From Octopus vulgaris (Eukaryota), in the NCBI GenBank assembly GCA_951406725.2, contig OX597836.1, positions 37,944,001 through 38,008,000 on the forward strand: DNA of 64,000 nucleotides, read 5' to 3'. Within the stretch, counting starts at the first letter, position 1; each line of letters begins with the position of its first letter. The notes beneath the pieces are model-generated. The model was not told where the DNA came from and searched no databases. It was given only the letters and a program-made list of their open reading frames with translations. A program made the translations under genes and the position numbers. Shown here in pieces: positions 27,708 through 45,022 of the stretch.

Positions 27708-29044
27708 CTGAACAATAGCTTTTATGTATTTATATGTGTGTGTAACTGTCCAACAGCTTATAGAACTGAAAAATTATGGCTTTTTTTTACCCCCTCCCAT
27801 CTTCGCCTCCCCGGATTGATTTTGTTGAAACTACGCACCATTTTCTTTTCTTTTTTTTTTTTTGAGCACTACGCACTTAAAAACTATAGAAGCCTTTTCG
27901 GTAAAAAAAAAAAAAAAAGTTACTATTTTCTGACGAAAAGTTGGGTTGTTAAAGGGAAACTTGGCTGTTGTTTCTAGCATGTCACATGATCGGGAAGGTT
28001 TAGGATTAATAAAAATCCCAAAGTTTCAAAAACAATTTTTTAATAGCATGAATGAATTTATGTTATTAATGGGGAGAAAATATTGAAAGACATTAAATAC
28101 TTGTCAGCGTGAGAAAGAAATGAGGAAGGCGGCTATGGGATATGCTAGAAACAACAGCCAAATCTCCCTTTAATAACATCTTTTCGTCTGAAAATATTTA
28201 CTTTTTTTTTTATTCTTGCTGAAAAAGCTTCTCTTGTCGTTTTTAAGTACGTGCCCCACAAAATCGGTCCGAAGACGGGAAGATGGGCGGTGGGAGGGTA
28301 AAAAAAACATCATTTTTCGCATTTTTTCCTAAAAGTATACTCCAGAGCATTTCCAAGGGCACCATGAAAAAAATCTAAAAAATCCCCGTCAAAACGAAGA
28401 AATTCCTAACTTCAACATCCGACAATTTTTTTGCCTCTAATTCCTTTAGTAACTAAAAACATTGGCTGTCGATAACAGGAAAAAACTCTTCAAACTACTC
28501 ATCTACGAGAAATGCAATGTGTATTTTTCTTCAGTAAGATCTCTTAGAAGCAGGTTTTTTTTTTTTTTAAATTACTATGAAATTTATTATTTGTAGTTTC
28601 AATACTAAGCTTTAAATGATTGCTTGGTGCCATCTTCTGCCCAGAAAAATCATGATTTCCTGTTCATTTTCACATTTAAACAGTGGGATTTTGGGTCAGA
28701 GTTTTTAAAAAAAAATTTGAATTTAAAATTTGAATTTGTGTTTATTTTTTCCATATTCTCCGTATTTTCCCAAGTAGAATGAGGGAAAAAAAATTCACAA
28801 ACGGTTTTTTAAAAGAGTTTAAAAAAGGAAGTTTGGGCAAAAAACCCACTTTAATTTCACATGAATTACTTTGTCATTTTACTGCGGGGGAAATTACTCT
28901 GAAAGAAATCTTTGCAGAAAGGTGAGTAGATTATGTTATCACAGTTTTGTGACATTTGGCTGTTATTTCTAGCATGTGGATAGGCCTGCTTGAAGGCCTG
29001 AGGGTATATATATATTTCTCTGAGGGTATTCTTTTTTCTTTTAT

Positions 29045-29407
29045 TCTTTTACTTGTTTTAGTCATTTGACAATGGGTATGCTGGAGCACTGCCTTTAGTC
29101 AAGCATATTGACCCCAGGACTTTTTCTTTGTAAGCTTAGTACTTATTCTATCGGTCTCTTTTGCCAAACCACTAAGTTACGGGGACGTAAATACACCAGC
29201 ATTAGTTGTCAAGTGATGTTGGGGGGGGGGGGGGCAGAGAGTCAGACAGACACACACACACACACACACACATATGTATATACATACGACGGGCTTCTTT
29301 CAGTTTCTGTCTACCAAATCCACTCACAAGGCTTTGGTCAGCCCAAGGCTATAGAAGAAGACACTTGCCCAAGGTGCCATACAGTGAGACTGAACCCGGA
29401 ACCATGG
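29045..29407 (-). mobile_element. SINE family A, 5'-clipped copy (further fragments at ~2100, 8580, 10460, 14715, 17440, 21260, 43040)
   Basis: Aligns by eye with 14240-14580. Confidence 0.85.
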
Positions 29408-29589
29408 CAACTTTCTCTGTCAGGGTTAATGCAAATATCACACACTACATATCTTCTTTCCAAGCACTGCTGTAAACAGCAGAAGTGAGCTAGAATGTTA
29501 AAACTTAGTGCACATGCACATCAGAGTTCAAGATCAACCTTTGCTAAGCAGCTTCACTCTGCATGCTTTAGCTTCATTACTTCGGCAAC

Positions 29590-30230
29590 AGTCCAGATAC
29601 TTATTGATCAGACCTCGTATCTCCGCCTCTAACGCATGTGCAGTCGGGACCAGGATTTTGAGACCCAGTCCCAGTACCTTGCTCGCCTGTTCATGCATTG
29701 AGGATACCCCTCAACCATTGTCCAAACCGCCCTTGCCTGCACTTGTCGAATTGATTGCACCACCACCTTCTCTCTTTCCCCACACCATTCCCCTAACCGC
29801 ATCCCCTTTCCCCTCCTTTTCCATCCCTCCACCCTACCTCTTCGCCGGAGGATCCTACAGACCTTCTGTCATCACCAGCTTGATCTCACCACCTGCCCCA
29901 TCTTCCCCAACCCACTCTTGTCCTCCTTTAAATGTGCCTGAAACCTACGCGATCTACTGGTCTGTAGCACTTCCTCTTCCTCCCCGGCCCCACCCGGATC
30001 CTTTCCATGTTCCAGATCCCACTGCCACACCTACCCCTTCATCACCAACATCACTTCCCTCACTGGTTCCAACCAGCACACTCTCCACATCACAAACTCC
30101 TTCTCCTACACCTCTTCTAGCCTCATATATTGTATTAGATGCAATCTCTGTGGTAAACTATATGTAGGTCAGATGGGCCACCAGCTGGCTGACCGGTTCA
30201 CCGAACATCTGAGGGATGTTTGGCTCCATA
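29590..30230 (+). mobile_element. Penelope-like element fragment (GIY-YIG endonuclease end)
   Basis: Hand translation near 30090-30220: HITNSFSYTSSSLIYCIRCNLCGKLYVGQMGHQLADRFTEHL. Confidence 0.75.
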
Positions 30231-30299
30231 CAAACATACATCCACATACAAACATACATCCACACACACACATGCACATACATGTGCATACATGCGCAC

Positions 30300-30740
30300 T
30301 ACTTGTGACTGGTGATTAAAAATGGATCTTCTATCGAAATGTTAGGTGTCGTAAACAGTGGCTTGGTAAAGGGGAAAAAGCTCACCCACAACTGAGAAGG
30401 GAACTTCATGGAAAAAAAGGTTCTTTTCTCTATCTGGTGGTATTGCAAAGGAGTAGTTCACTTTGAATTGTTACCACCTAATGCAACAATCAATGCTCAA
30501 ACCTACTGTCAGCAATTAGAGCGTTTGAACCAAGCTTTGAAGAAAAAATTATCCACTTTAGTGAATCAAAAAGGAGTAATGTTTCATCAGGACAATGTGC
30601 TACCCCACACTGCAAAGATCACATCACAGAAGATGGAAGAGCCTGGTTGGGAAAAAATTCCTTGTCCACCTTATTCTCCCGACCTTGCTCCTTCAGACTA
30701 CTATTTGTTTCGTAGTTTACAGAATCAAGATTTTCAATGA
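30300..30740 (+). mobile_element. Mariner transposase catalytic-domain remnant
   Basis: LVTGD*KW, KKVLFSIWW, FHQDN..PH, PPYSPDLAPSDYYLF. Confidence 0.9.
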
Positions 30741-30899
30741 TGTCTTCAGAATGTCTTAAGAAATAACAATTTTCCTTTTGTAGTAATAATTTGATGTAAC
30801 AAGTAAACTTTATATAATTGCTGTTGCTTTGGATGATATCTGACCAGACATTGATTCTTTTGAGTAATTTTATAAAAGATGTACCCTTCTTTCATAGCA

Positions 30900-31900
30900 G
30901 GAAATGCTTGTAAGAGAACTAAATGTTAGTATGTTAATAAATATTGCACTTTCATCTTTCTTTGTTACCTTTGACTGCAACCAATTAAATTATCCTGCCA
31001 TTGTAGCAACACAATTGTAGATTTTTGCAATTAATTTGTTTTCATACTTCCACCTTTCAATGCATTTAAAAACGTTTATATAAGGCATTTGCTGAACATT
31101 CTCCATTAATGTTAAAACCAATGAATTGTCTTTCTAGCCACACAGTCTTTTTTGTAACATAATGCAAAATATTTGACAGGTGTGAATAGTTGAATAGATC
31201 AGATGTTTCATTTGAAAGAATAGCAATGATTCTAGCCTGCTTAAGTTCATTTTCTATTTCATTCAAAGTAACTTTTTGAATTGCACCAAACAAGTCATTT
31301 TGAATTCTGTGGAAATTTAAGATGTCAACTGTATCTAGATGGCTTGCCAGGTTTTCATGGTGCTTATTAAATTATAAGAGTTCTTTATAATTCCTGTGAT
31401 TAGTGGGTTTATAAAATTCAAAATAACCCCAAAACAATAATTCTTGGCAACCTAAACAATTAACTGCAGCAATCAGTCTTTGTTTTGTTAACTTCTTTAT
31501 TATACTGATTTATGCTCTGTCTTTAATGTGCATCTTAGTGTAAGCTTATGCAAACATTCCCAAATGTTTTAAGATTTATCAATGATTTTATGTTATTGAG
31601 AATGTCCATATTTTACCCCGGCCATTGGTAGATTATTTAAATCATTCTAATCTTTATCATTCCAAACAGTTTTTTTCTGAACTAAACAGCAGGCATGGCC
31701 AGCAAAATAAGTTAGCTTAGCACTCCCATTTAACCATTTTTTCTTTCATATCAATCTGACAATATACAATTCATTTCTTGTTGGAACTTCACAAATTAGT
31801 TCATTTTAGTGGCATTAGTTTGTCATCATTTTTAATTAATAGTTTCTGTTCAATATCTATTTTTCAAAAGCTTTTTTTGCGACACATATTTCTGACATTT
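30900..31900 (-). mobile_element. Highly decayed hAT-like (DUF4371/ZMYM1-type) transposase remnant
   Basis: ORF 31066-31293 has IQNDL upstream and IAILSNETSD..QL-like and ER.FIGF motifs; boundaries approximate. Confidence 0.55.
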
Positions 31901-33161
31901 GGACTAAGATTTCAGAAGTTCAAAAGATAATAATAAAAATTAAAGGTGGTAATGTTTTAATGTGATTGTGTGTGTGGACATATGTATGTATCTTTTCTGT
32001 TAAAAAGGAGTACACTAAAAGTCAACTTGGATAAAATGGCAGATAATACTAATAAAGCAAAGGGTTTAATTACCTAATGAATACAGTGAAAGAAAATGTA
32101 ACTGTTTTCCTTTTGGGACATGAAATATTAATCAGAAAATGAATAAATCTTTGTTTCCATTATGTAAATTGTCTTTCTTGGTCTGCAAAGCTTTTGTGTC
32201 ATAGTAATCTGATAAACTTAATGAGAATGACAGAGGTTTTTTTTTTTTGTGAAAAGGGCTGAATGTCTCTTTTTAATGCTTTTTCTCACCTTTCACTTGA
32301 GGTCAGTCATCACTTGTGGGTCAATTATTTAATATATCAAATATGAAGAAATGAGAAGAGTGTATATGTAGATAGGTATTTACAGCTAGATAGAGGAAGG
32401 CAGTAAGAAGCTACATGCATTTTCAAAAATGCATGCCTTTTAATGGTATCTTAATGGATTAAGAAATTATGTCAGAATAGCATTCTTTTTATGTGGAAAT
32501 AATCCAACAGTTTTTTTGTATCTAGCATGACAGAGAAATTGTTTCCTCAGTTCATCTCCCAAATAAGTTTACAAATTCAATTTTCAATAGTTTTGACAAC
32601 TTTCAATGTATGTAGAGATAAAATACATATTTGAATTTAATTTTAGACGTATGAAAAAATAAATCAACATGCATTGCATGACTTGTGTATCTTGAGTACA
32701 TGCTGCTGGTGTGTGTGTGTGTGTGTACATGTAAATACATATGCATAAACATGTGTATGTATATTCATATATCATTATCATCATTTAACGTCTGCCCTTG
32801 TACAGTTTACTGGAACTGGCAAGCCAGAGGATTGTGCCAAGTTCTATTGTTTGCTTTGGCATTGTTTCTACTGGTGGGTACACTTACTAATGCCAAACTG
32901 TTCAACCCATACCAGCTTAGAAGGCAGACATTAATTGATGATATGTGTGTGTGTGTATGCACACATGTATATATAATTATATATACATGTGTATAGGTAT
33001 ATGTAAATATTTATGCATGTTTATATACTTTTGTCTATAATTGTATATGAACATGTGTGCATGTTTATACTAAAATAAAGAAATTGGTTCATTAATTAGT
33101 TATGAATATATGTCTGTAAACAGTAGCATTGCAAATATCTGGGCAATCTTTATATTTCCAG

Positions 33162-33313
33162 AATAAGTTTAAAGATGTTAAAAAACACTATTGATGTCAC
33201 AGCAAATAAAAATTAGTTAATCTGATTGAAGTATGTTGCTGAAATCTTCAACAGTAAAAGTTACTTGAAAATTATATTTTTATAAAAACATACTCAAAGA
33301 TATGGTCATAGAG
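33162..33313 (+). other. Candidate upstream (5' UTR or first) exon of the VWA gene; left boundary uncertain
   Basis: Strong GAG|GTAAGT donor at 33314; tttatatttccAG at 33160-61; the ATG exon starts with an acceptor, so an upstream exon is needed. Confidence 0.35.
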
Positions 33314-34075
33314 GTAAGTTACCCTGCAGATGTGAATGTCACTTCAAAAATCAGTGAGAAGGAAAATATCTGTGGATGAAACCAGCAACTCTTCTACACT
33401 GATTATTAATTTATGTTCATAATAATCATTGTCACACTCAGTTATGTTAGTAAAAAAAAAAAGAAAGAAAAAACTAGCTAAAACAAACTTTAAAGATACA
33501 GTCTGTGAGTGGAACAATAAAAATATGGAAAACTTGAAGTTCAGTATGCAACAATTGTTAGCTTCGATGATGAAGCTTTTGTTCTTTTGTTAGAAACAAG
33601 CTCCTTCATTCTGGAAAGAATTCTAATAAATAAAAAGAGCATACATATGCATGTGCATACACATGCTTTACACATAAAGATACATCATGATAAATTATAC
33701 TTTCTTTTGAGATATCTTCTACCATATTCATTAAATGAGATATTTATCTACCATGACACTGTGATATTTAGTTTTAAAAGGAGATATTCAACCTCTCTTA
33801 AAGCATAGAAGAATGGAATCCTATAATTCATCCAAAGGTTAAAGTTTTAGTTTTTACCAACTACCTAGTGCTTGCCTTTGTAACATTTAAAATAGAATAG
33901 TGACAATCATCAACATTTAAATTCACATTATTAATTGATCTCTATCACTTTCACTGACCACTCTAAGTTCAGCACAATTTCATTACAAAAGATGAATACT
34001 AAAACCAATAAACTAAAAATTTTAAATTTTAAATGTTTAATTTTATTTTTTACCATTTTCTATTTTCAGTTAATC

Positions 34076-34148
34076 ATGGGCCGGTGGCTAGAAATTTCCT
34101 GCTTTCTCCTCTTCCTATTTTATTTTAGTTCTCAAGACTCAGTTTATG
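34076..34148 (+). CDS. VWA-domain gene, signal-peptide exon (MGRWLEISCFLLFLFYFSSQDSVY-G)
   Basis: Acceptor ccattttctattttcAG at 34068-69, ATG at 34076, hydrophobic signal-like stretch, donor G|GTAAGT at 34149; phase 1. Confidence 0.8.
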
Positions 34149-34846
34149 GTAAGTAGATACATACTTAATATTTATTCATAGGATTTGTGGCATCAAATGT
34201 AAATTGATGTACACTATCTTTAAAATGTTGCATCTGTCTCTCAATCTTCACTGTTAATCTCATAACTGACCTCCAAATTTTTCACCTTCGTGAGCACCAT
34301 CTACTTTTCTTGTGAATACTTTTGCTGTCCATTCTTTTCTTGTAAACACAATGCACAGCATTACAAATAGTGAAATTCCTAACATATACTGCTTTGTTTC
34401 TTCAATCCAATAATATATTCTTGTGAGAAAGTGTCTCAAAGTATTCCAACTTAAATTTAATAATAATTTTTTTTTTTTTAATCACATCATTATTAAAAAT
34501 TTAAGAGTAACATCTTCTCTGATTTCCTTAAGCTTCCTTCTCATAATTTTGTAAATACTTTTTATGGTTATATTCTTTTACTTTATGTATTTAGAGAAAC
34601 AAATTAAAATTAATAATTGATATTCTTTATCAAAACAAATATAATGTGACCATTCCAATGAAGTTTTGCAAAAGTTGCTAATATCTATTTTCTTTTATAT
34701 GTAAGAAATACAGTCAACTTTACAAACTCACACTGAGGATCTTTTAATTTAATTCAGTTTTTAAGTTTTATATTTTTCTTCAATACTATGAATTGCCAAA
34801 AAGCCTATTCTGAATGTTTATACTAAGCTATTACTAATTATTACAG

Positions 34847-34864
34847 GTAACAAGATTGATATGA
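34847..34864 (+). CDS. VWA gene micro-exon, 18 nt (GNKIDM)
   Basis: tactaat branch-like motif, ttacAG acceptor, GTAAGT donor at 34865; phase 1-1, no stop. Confidence 0.65.
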   Translation, partial: VTRLI

Positions 34865-36727
34865 GTAAGTACAATATTTTTCATTTTGTTTTATATGTAT
34901 TGCTTTGTCAAAATATTAAAAAAAACCGTTGGAGGTTATATTTATACTGTTTAATGACTATGATTTAACAAGTGTTTAAAAAGCATACTTTATAATTAAT
35001 CTTAATTCAATAGATTTCCTCTAACCCTTTTTGAAATATCAACTTTAAACTGATTCTCAAAATAGACCTGTATATGTTTGTATGTGTGTTTATGTATATA
35101 TATCATTCAACCATGATAGTGCTTGAATATATTCTTAAATCCACTATTTGTCAATCACAGCTTCACCACTAATTCAGTTCTCAACTAAATTGCAAACTGT
35201 TAATAGTTTTAAAGAGGACACCTACTCAGCTACACTTTGGCATAAATAGTTCGAGATTTGGTTCAGTAGAAAAAAAGTTACATCAAAATATCTGTGACCT
35301 CAAGGGGGGCAGTAAGGTAGATATTCATCTTCAATTAACATAAATTTTAAAATTTTAAATTACAAGTATACTTTACTTAGCATTAAATGATAGAAAATGC
35401 ATGAGAAATTCAGAATTGTGAGTTGCATTGAACAAAAATTAGTAGAAAAGCAGTTATGAAGTAAATGTTATGAAATTTAATGTCAGTAAGTAAGGAAGTA
35501 ACACTTAAGCAATAAGAATAAAGAATATATTTCTAAAATGAATGTTTACATTCTAAGGTGGTGAGCTGGCAGAAATGTTAGTGCGCCGGGCGAAATGCTT
35601 AGTGGTATTTCATCTGTCTTTACATTTTGAGTTCAAATTTCACTGAGGTCAACTTTGAAGTACAGATGTATTAGAATGCAGGAGATTGCCAATGTGAATG
35701 AAGGGATATTCAAGTGGCATATTACCATCTAACTTGATGTGTGTCCATTCCAAATGCTCTTCATGGCTTCTGGCCCAGCTAGACTTATGTATAAGATAGT
35801 TATGTGTTGTGTGTGTTTATTTTTTGGGGGCAGGGACTGCTTGAGAGAGAGTTTGCATAAATACACTGGTATTTTAGTGGTTGACAATATTTTAAATCAT
35901 AAATTCTTTTATATTTTACAATAAAAGTAACAATTTCAATACTTCAATAGTACCATACACTTGTAACATTTTAATAATTTTTATCTTGTAATAATTTTTA
36001 TCTTGTAATAATTTTAGTAAGTCAGCAGACTGGCAGAAACAATGAAAATATCTAACAGTTTCATATTTTATATTCTATGTAAAAGTTATACAAAGCTTAC
36101 TGAAGTATTATATAGTCCCTTATTAAAATCCTTCACTAACTACTACTTTATTAACCATATAAACTTTATTTTTATTTTCATATTTTTTATTGTAATAAAC
36201 TTTATGCAAAATTTGTACTTTGTATTGCCATTATATGTGCTTTTGAAAAATGTAAAAAACATTGTAGGTCAACTAGTAAAATAACATAAGTTAAAATTTT
36301 TTGACAGAATTCAGTGTTAATGCAAGATTATGATCCCTTCAGTTTATTATCACAATTATCCTCTGCTTCAATAACAGATTGTAAACGTTTAGAATTATAA
36401 AATATTTGCAATTGCCTATTGTTATTTGTATATGTCAAAAGGTAAACATAAATATTTTTTTAATAAAAATAATCCATCCATATATAAGAATTACCTATGT
36501 ATAATATTACTAATCACTTAAATTACAAATCATTATTATTAATAGGCAAAATGTGAGTACATTTCTAACTGTTTATTACAAATACTGAAGTGTGTCATTA
36601 AAATTATTAGCAATGTAAATATTTGGCAAATTTCTTGAACAATTAAAATATTTTCATGGCTAAAATAATAAAATTTTCAACCTTTATTTCTTATAGTGTT
36701 ATGTTAATGTTTTATTCTTGTTTACAG

Positions 36728-36748
36728 CTGGCATACAAAATGCTAAAA
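36728..36748 (+). CDS. VWA gene micro-exon, 21 nt (TGIQNAK)
   Basis: ttttattcttgtttacAG acceptor, GTAAGT donor at 36749; phase 1-1, no stop. Confidence 0.7.
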
Positions 36749-37160
36749 GTAAGTTGGTATCTATGCAAAAAAATAAAAAAAAAGATTAATTCTTAAAATA
36801 TATACTTCTCACAATGTCCAAAGCTTATTAAAAGCTTGAATCAATGCTAACACTTGTCTCATTTCAATATTGTTATAAACTACTTAAAACGAATTTCAGA
36901 AGAATATCAAAGAATATTCCATGATAAAAGCAATGATACTAATCAACTAAACATCAGTGAATGAAAATGAAGTTGAAAATTGGAGAGAAAATATTGCTTT
37001 TTTCAATGTTTGAGTTAAAAAGATTTTGTCATATATGTTTATGGCCTTTGTAACCAAAGTCTTTCGCTTGAATATAATTTCATTCAGAATTTATACTAAT
37101 TAACTAATTTTCAGTTTTTTATGAATTAATCTGAAATAGAAATTTTACAATATAATTGCA

Positions 37161-37191
<31 letters not shown>

Positions 37192-37202
37192 ATAAATAAG
37201 TG

Positions 37203-37233
<31 letters not shown>

Positions 37234-37343
37234 AGTGGGTGTGTACCTATATATGTATATGTATATATATAGGAGTATGTATATATATATGGATATATAT
37301 ATGTATAAGTTTATGTATATATATGGATATATATATGTATAAG

Positions 37344-37374
<31 letters not shown>

Positions 37375-37387
37375 GGAGTATGTATAA

Positions 37388-37432
<45 letters not shown>

Positions 37433-37435
37433 ATG

Positions 37436-37474
<39 letters not shown>

Positions 37475-37485
37475 AGTATGTATAA

Positions 37486-37518
<33 letters not shown>

Positions 37519-37548
37519 AGTATGTATGTATATGGATGTATATATGCT

Positions 37549-38135
37549 CTGTCTGGCACCTGTGCGGGTGGCACGTAAAAAGCACCCATTACACTCACGG
37601 AGTGGTTGGCATTAGGAAGGGCATCCAGCCGTAGAAACACTGCCAGATCTGACTGGGCCTGACGAAGCCTTCCAGCTTCACAGACCCCAGTTGAACCGTC
37701 CAACCCATGCTAGCATGGAAAGCGGACGCTAAATGATGATGATGATATGCATGTTTATATATGTATATACATATATGTATACGTTTATGTATGTATATGT
37801 ATATATGTCTGTATATATATATGTCTATATATATATATATCATCATCATCATCATCGTTTAACGTCCGTTCTCCATGCTAGCATGGGTTGGACGGTTCGA
37901 CCGGGGATCTGGGAAGCCAGAAGGCTGCACCAGGCTCCAGTCTTATCTGGCAATATTTCTACAGCTGGATGCCCTTCCTAACGCCAACCACTCTGTGAGT
38001 GTAGTGGGTGCTTTTTACGTGCCACCTGCACAGGTGCCAGGCGAGGCTGGCAACGGCCACGGTTGGATTGGTGCGATTTACGTGCCACCGGCACAGATGC
38101 CAGTCGAGGCGGCGCTGGCATCGGCCACGAGTCGG
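37549..38135. repeat. Tail-to-tail inverted pair of a short interspersed repeat with (GAT)n tail
   Basis: 37549-37746 is the reverse complement of ~37840-38040 (ccatgctagcatgg, ggatgcccttcctaa); fragments also at ~32775 and 42510. Confidence 0.85.
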
Positions 38136-42508
<4,373 letters not shown>

Positions 42509-42554
42509 GATCATCATCGTTTAGCGTCCGCTTTCCATGCTAGCATGGGTTGGA

Positions 42555-43015
42555 TCCAGAGAAGATTCACAAAGATCTTCTCTTTGCAACAGCTCAGCTA
42601 CTGGGAAAGGCTGAAATAGCTAAGACTCTACTCCCTGGAGAGAAGACGGGAGAGGTATGCAGTAATATATAGCTGGAAAATCCTGGAAGGTATTGTGCCA
42701 AATTTTGGCATTGAAAGCTACACTAATGCCAGAGCGGGACGACACTGCATAGTGCCAAAGATCCCAGCAATGCCATCACGCTTCAGGACCAGTTACTGCA
42801 ACAGCCTGGTTTTCAATGGCCCACAGCTTTTTAATATTCTCCCAAAGAGTCTGAGGAACTTGCACAAAGTAGATGTATGGGTTTTTAAATCAAAGCTAGA
42901 CCTCTTCCTGTCGAGAGTCCCAGATGAGCCTACCTCACGGCAAGAGGTGCAAATGAGGGTAGCTATATCAAACTCCATTCTTCATCAAGTGCCACATATT
43001 AGAGGAGGCTTCTAG
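42555..43015 (+). mobile_element. CR1-clade LINE 3' end fragment
   Basis: [45 protein letters not shown] are typical CR1 ORF2 C-terminal motifs; in-frame stop. Confidence 0.8.
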
Positions 43016-43305
43016 TAATAACAGTGTAGCACAAACTGGCGGTGCATCAGCATGGCCACAGCTCTGAGCTGAAACTTAAAAAAAAAATTGCGTTTATTAA
43101 TGGGTATATATACAAAATGTATATATATGCATATATATATATCTATATATATATATATATATGCATATATGTATGTATATCTATATATATATGCATATAT
43201 ATATATGTATATCTATATATATATGCATATATATATATATAATATCCATATATATATATAAACATACATGCATATATATATATATATATGCATATATCTG
43301 TATAT

Positions 43306-44361
43306 ATAAAACTGAAAATAGGTGTGAAATAGAAACTAATACTATGGAGAGCATTCAGCAAATAGCTAACTCTATCTACCAGAGTATTAAGGTCACAATA
43401 GACTACCCTACTAAACACCCTAACCATAGACTACCAGTACTAGACACAGAACTCTGGCTAGAAACTGAGAATAATAAAACCTGAATCCTTCATTTGTACT
43501 ATGCCAAACCTATGGCTTCCAAATACTTGATCCACCGGAATTCAGCTATTGCGAACACTGCCAAATTCAATATTTTGATGGCAGACCTTGTTAGAATAAT
43601 GCGAAATGTGTCCCGCATGTGCAAGCCTACAGAGTTAAAGAGACACATACAACATTTCGTCCACCACATGCAGTTCTCAGGTTACAGCCATAAAGAAAGG
43701 ATCAGAGTATATAAAGGAGCCATGAAGAAATTTGATACTATCTTATGTAATGATAGGAATGGGATTTGCCCACTCTATAGGAGCAAGTCATGGAACACTA
43801 TTGAAAGGACAAAGAAAATAGGGAAGGCTAACTCTTGGTATGATAACCACAAATACCAGAGTGTCATGTTCGTCAACACTACCCCTAGAGGTGAACTGGC
43901 GTACCACTTTAGAAGGACCCTAGACAAACTTAAGCTAAGGATTAAGGTTGTTGAAAGGCCAGGCAACCCTATCAAATCCATAATCGGTAGAACCTACCCT
44001 TTTAGTAGAACCCCCACAAACAAACTGTAAAGCCAGAAATGTAGTCTATAGTATAAGATGTATAGAGGGATTATGCAGTAACAAGACAATGACATACGTA
44101 GGGGAAACAACACGGAGCATAGGAGAGCAAGTAAATGAACATTGGAGAGAACTTAAGGAAGGAAAGAGCTCATCGATACTGTACCAACACGCCGAGCAGG
44201 AACACGGAGGCTCAATCAACAACATAGAAGTTAAAATCTTGTCCACACATAGAACAGATGCAACAATCAGACAAATTACGGAAGCTACACACATAATAGA
44301 AGGTAAACCTAGCCTGAATAGGAAACTGGAATGGAACACTAGCACACATCACGACATATGA
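43306..44361 (+). mobile_element. Penelope-like element of a different subfamily (RT thumb + GIY-YIG), disrupted
   Basis: ORFs 43161-43484 (LPVLDTELW), 43494-44030 (YYAKPMAS..LIHRNSA, SGYS), 44089-44361 (YVGETTRSIGEQVNEH, EATHI..KPSLN); stops and frameshifts between them. Confidence 0.85.
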
Positions 44362-44920
44362 CAGAAGAGGATCCCCATAAACTGGTTACAATATAAACAA
44401 AACTGAAAACATAATAAAATACACAGATAAATGAACAAATGGAAGTAAATAACTATATACATTTATTATTATTATTATTATTATTATATATACATACATA
44501 CATAATAATGATAATAATAATAATAATAATAATAAGTGGGTGTAAACACATGAACAAAATAAGAATAAACAAAAACAAATTACTCGAATGTATAAAACAG
44601 GAGATACAAATATTACAGGCATTTCCCCACCCACACACACACACACTAACTAAACATAGACGCACATAGAGATATACGCATGCGCAAATGAAGACACAAT
44701 AGAAATTTAAAATGGCTGACGGTTAGTAAGGAGAGATACACAAATAAGAAAGAAGAAAGCAAAGGACCACTGGTGCGGTTACAGGAGTATGACGAAAGAA
44801 CTCTGGCCAAAATAAGATTAAGATTAATGTAAAAAATAAATAACGCTGAAGCAAAGTAACACCAAATATATAGTGCGTGTGTTTTTATTGGCTAAACTGG
44901 CAAAATGACCATTCCTAAAT

Positions 44921-45000
<80 letters not shown>

Positions 45001-45022
45001 ACTTAAATTATGTACATTATTT

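Larger units (their letters stand above)
21780..28320. repeat. Complex locally duplicated/triplicated block
   Basis: gataagggggtttctctttctgcaacagacaatatttgcgcatgcg at ~22990, 26090 and 27345; gaattgtccgtaaaatatgtgg at 21782 and 24675; other shared segments at ~22000 and 25140. Confidence 0.85.

Noticed and set aside
30408-30740. SETMAR-like host gene
   Set aside because: In-frame stop after the first catalytic Asp, truncated, no SET domain; a dead mariner copy
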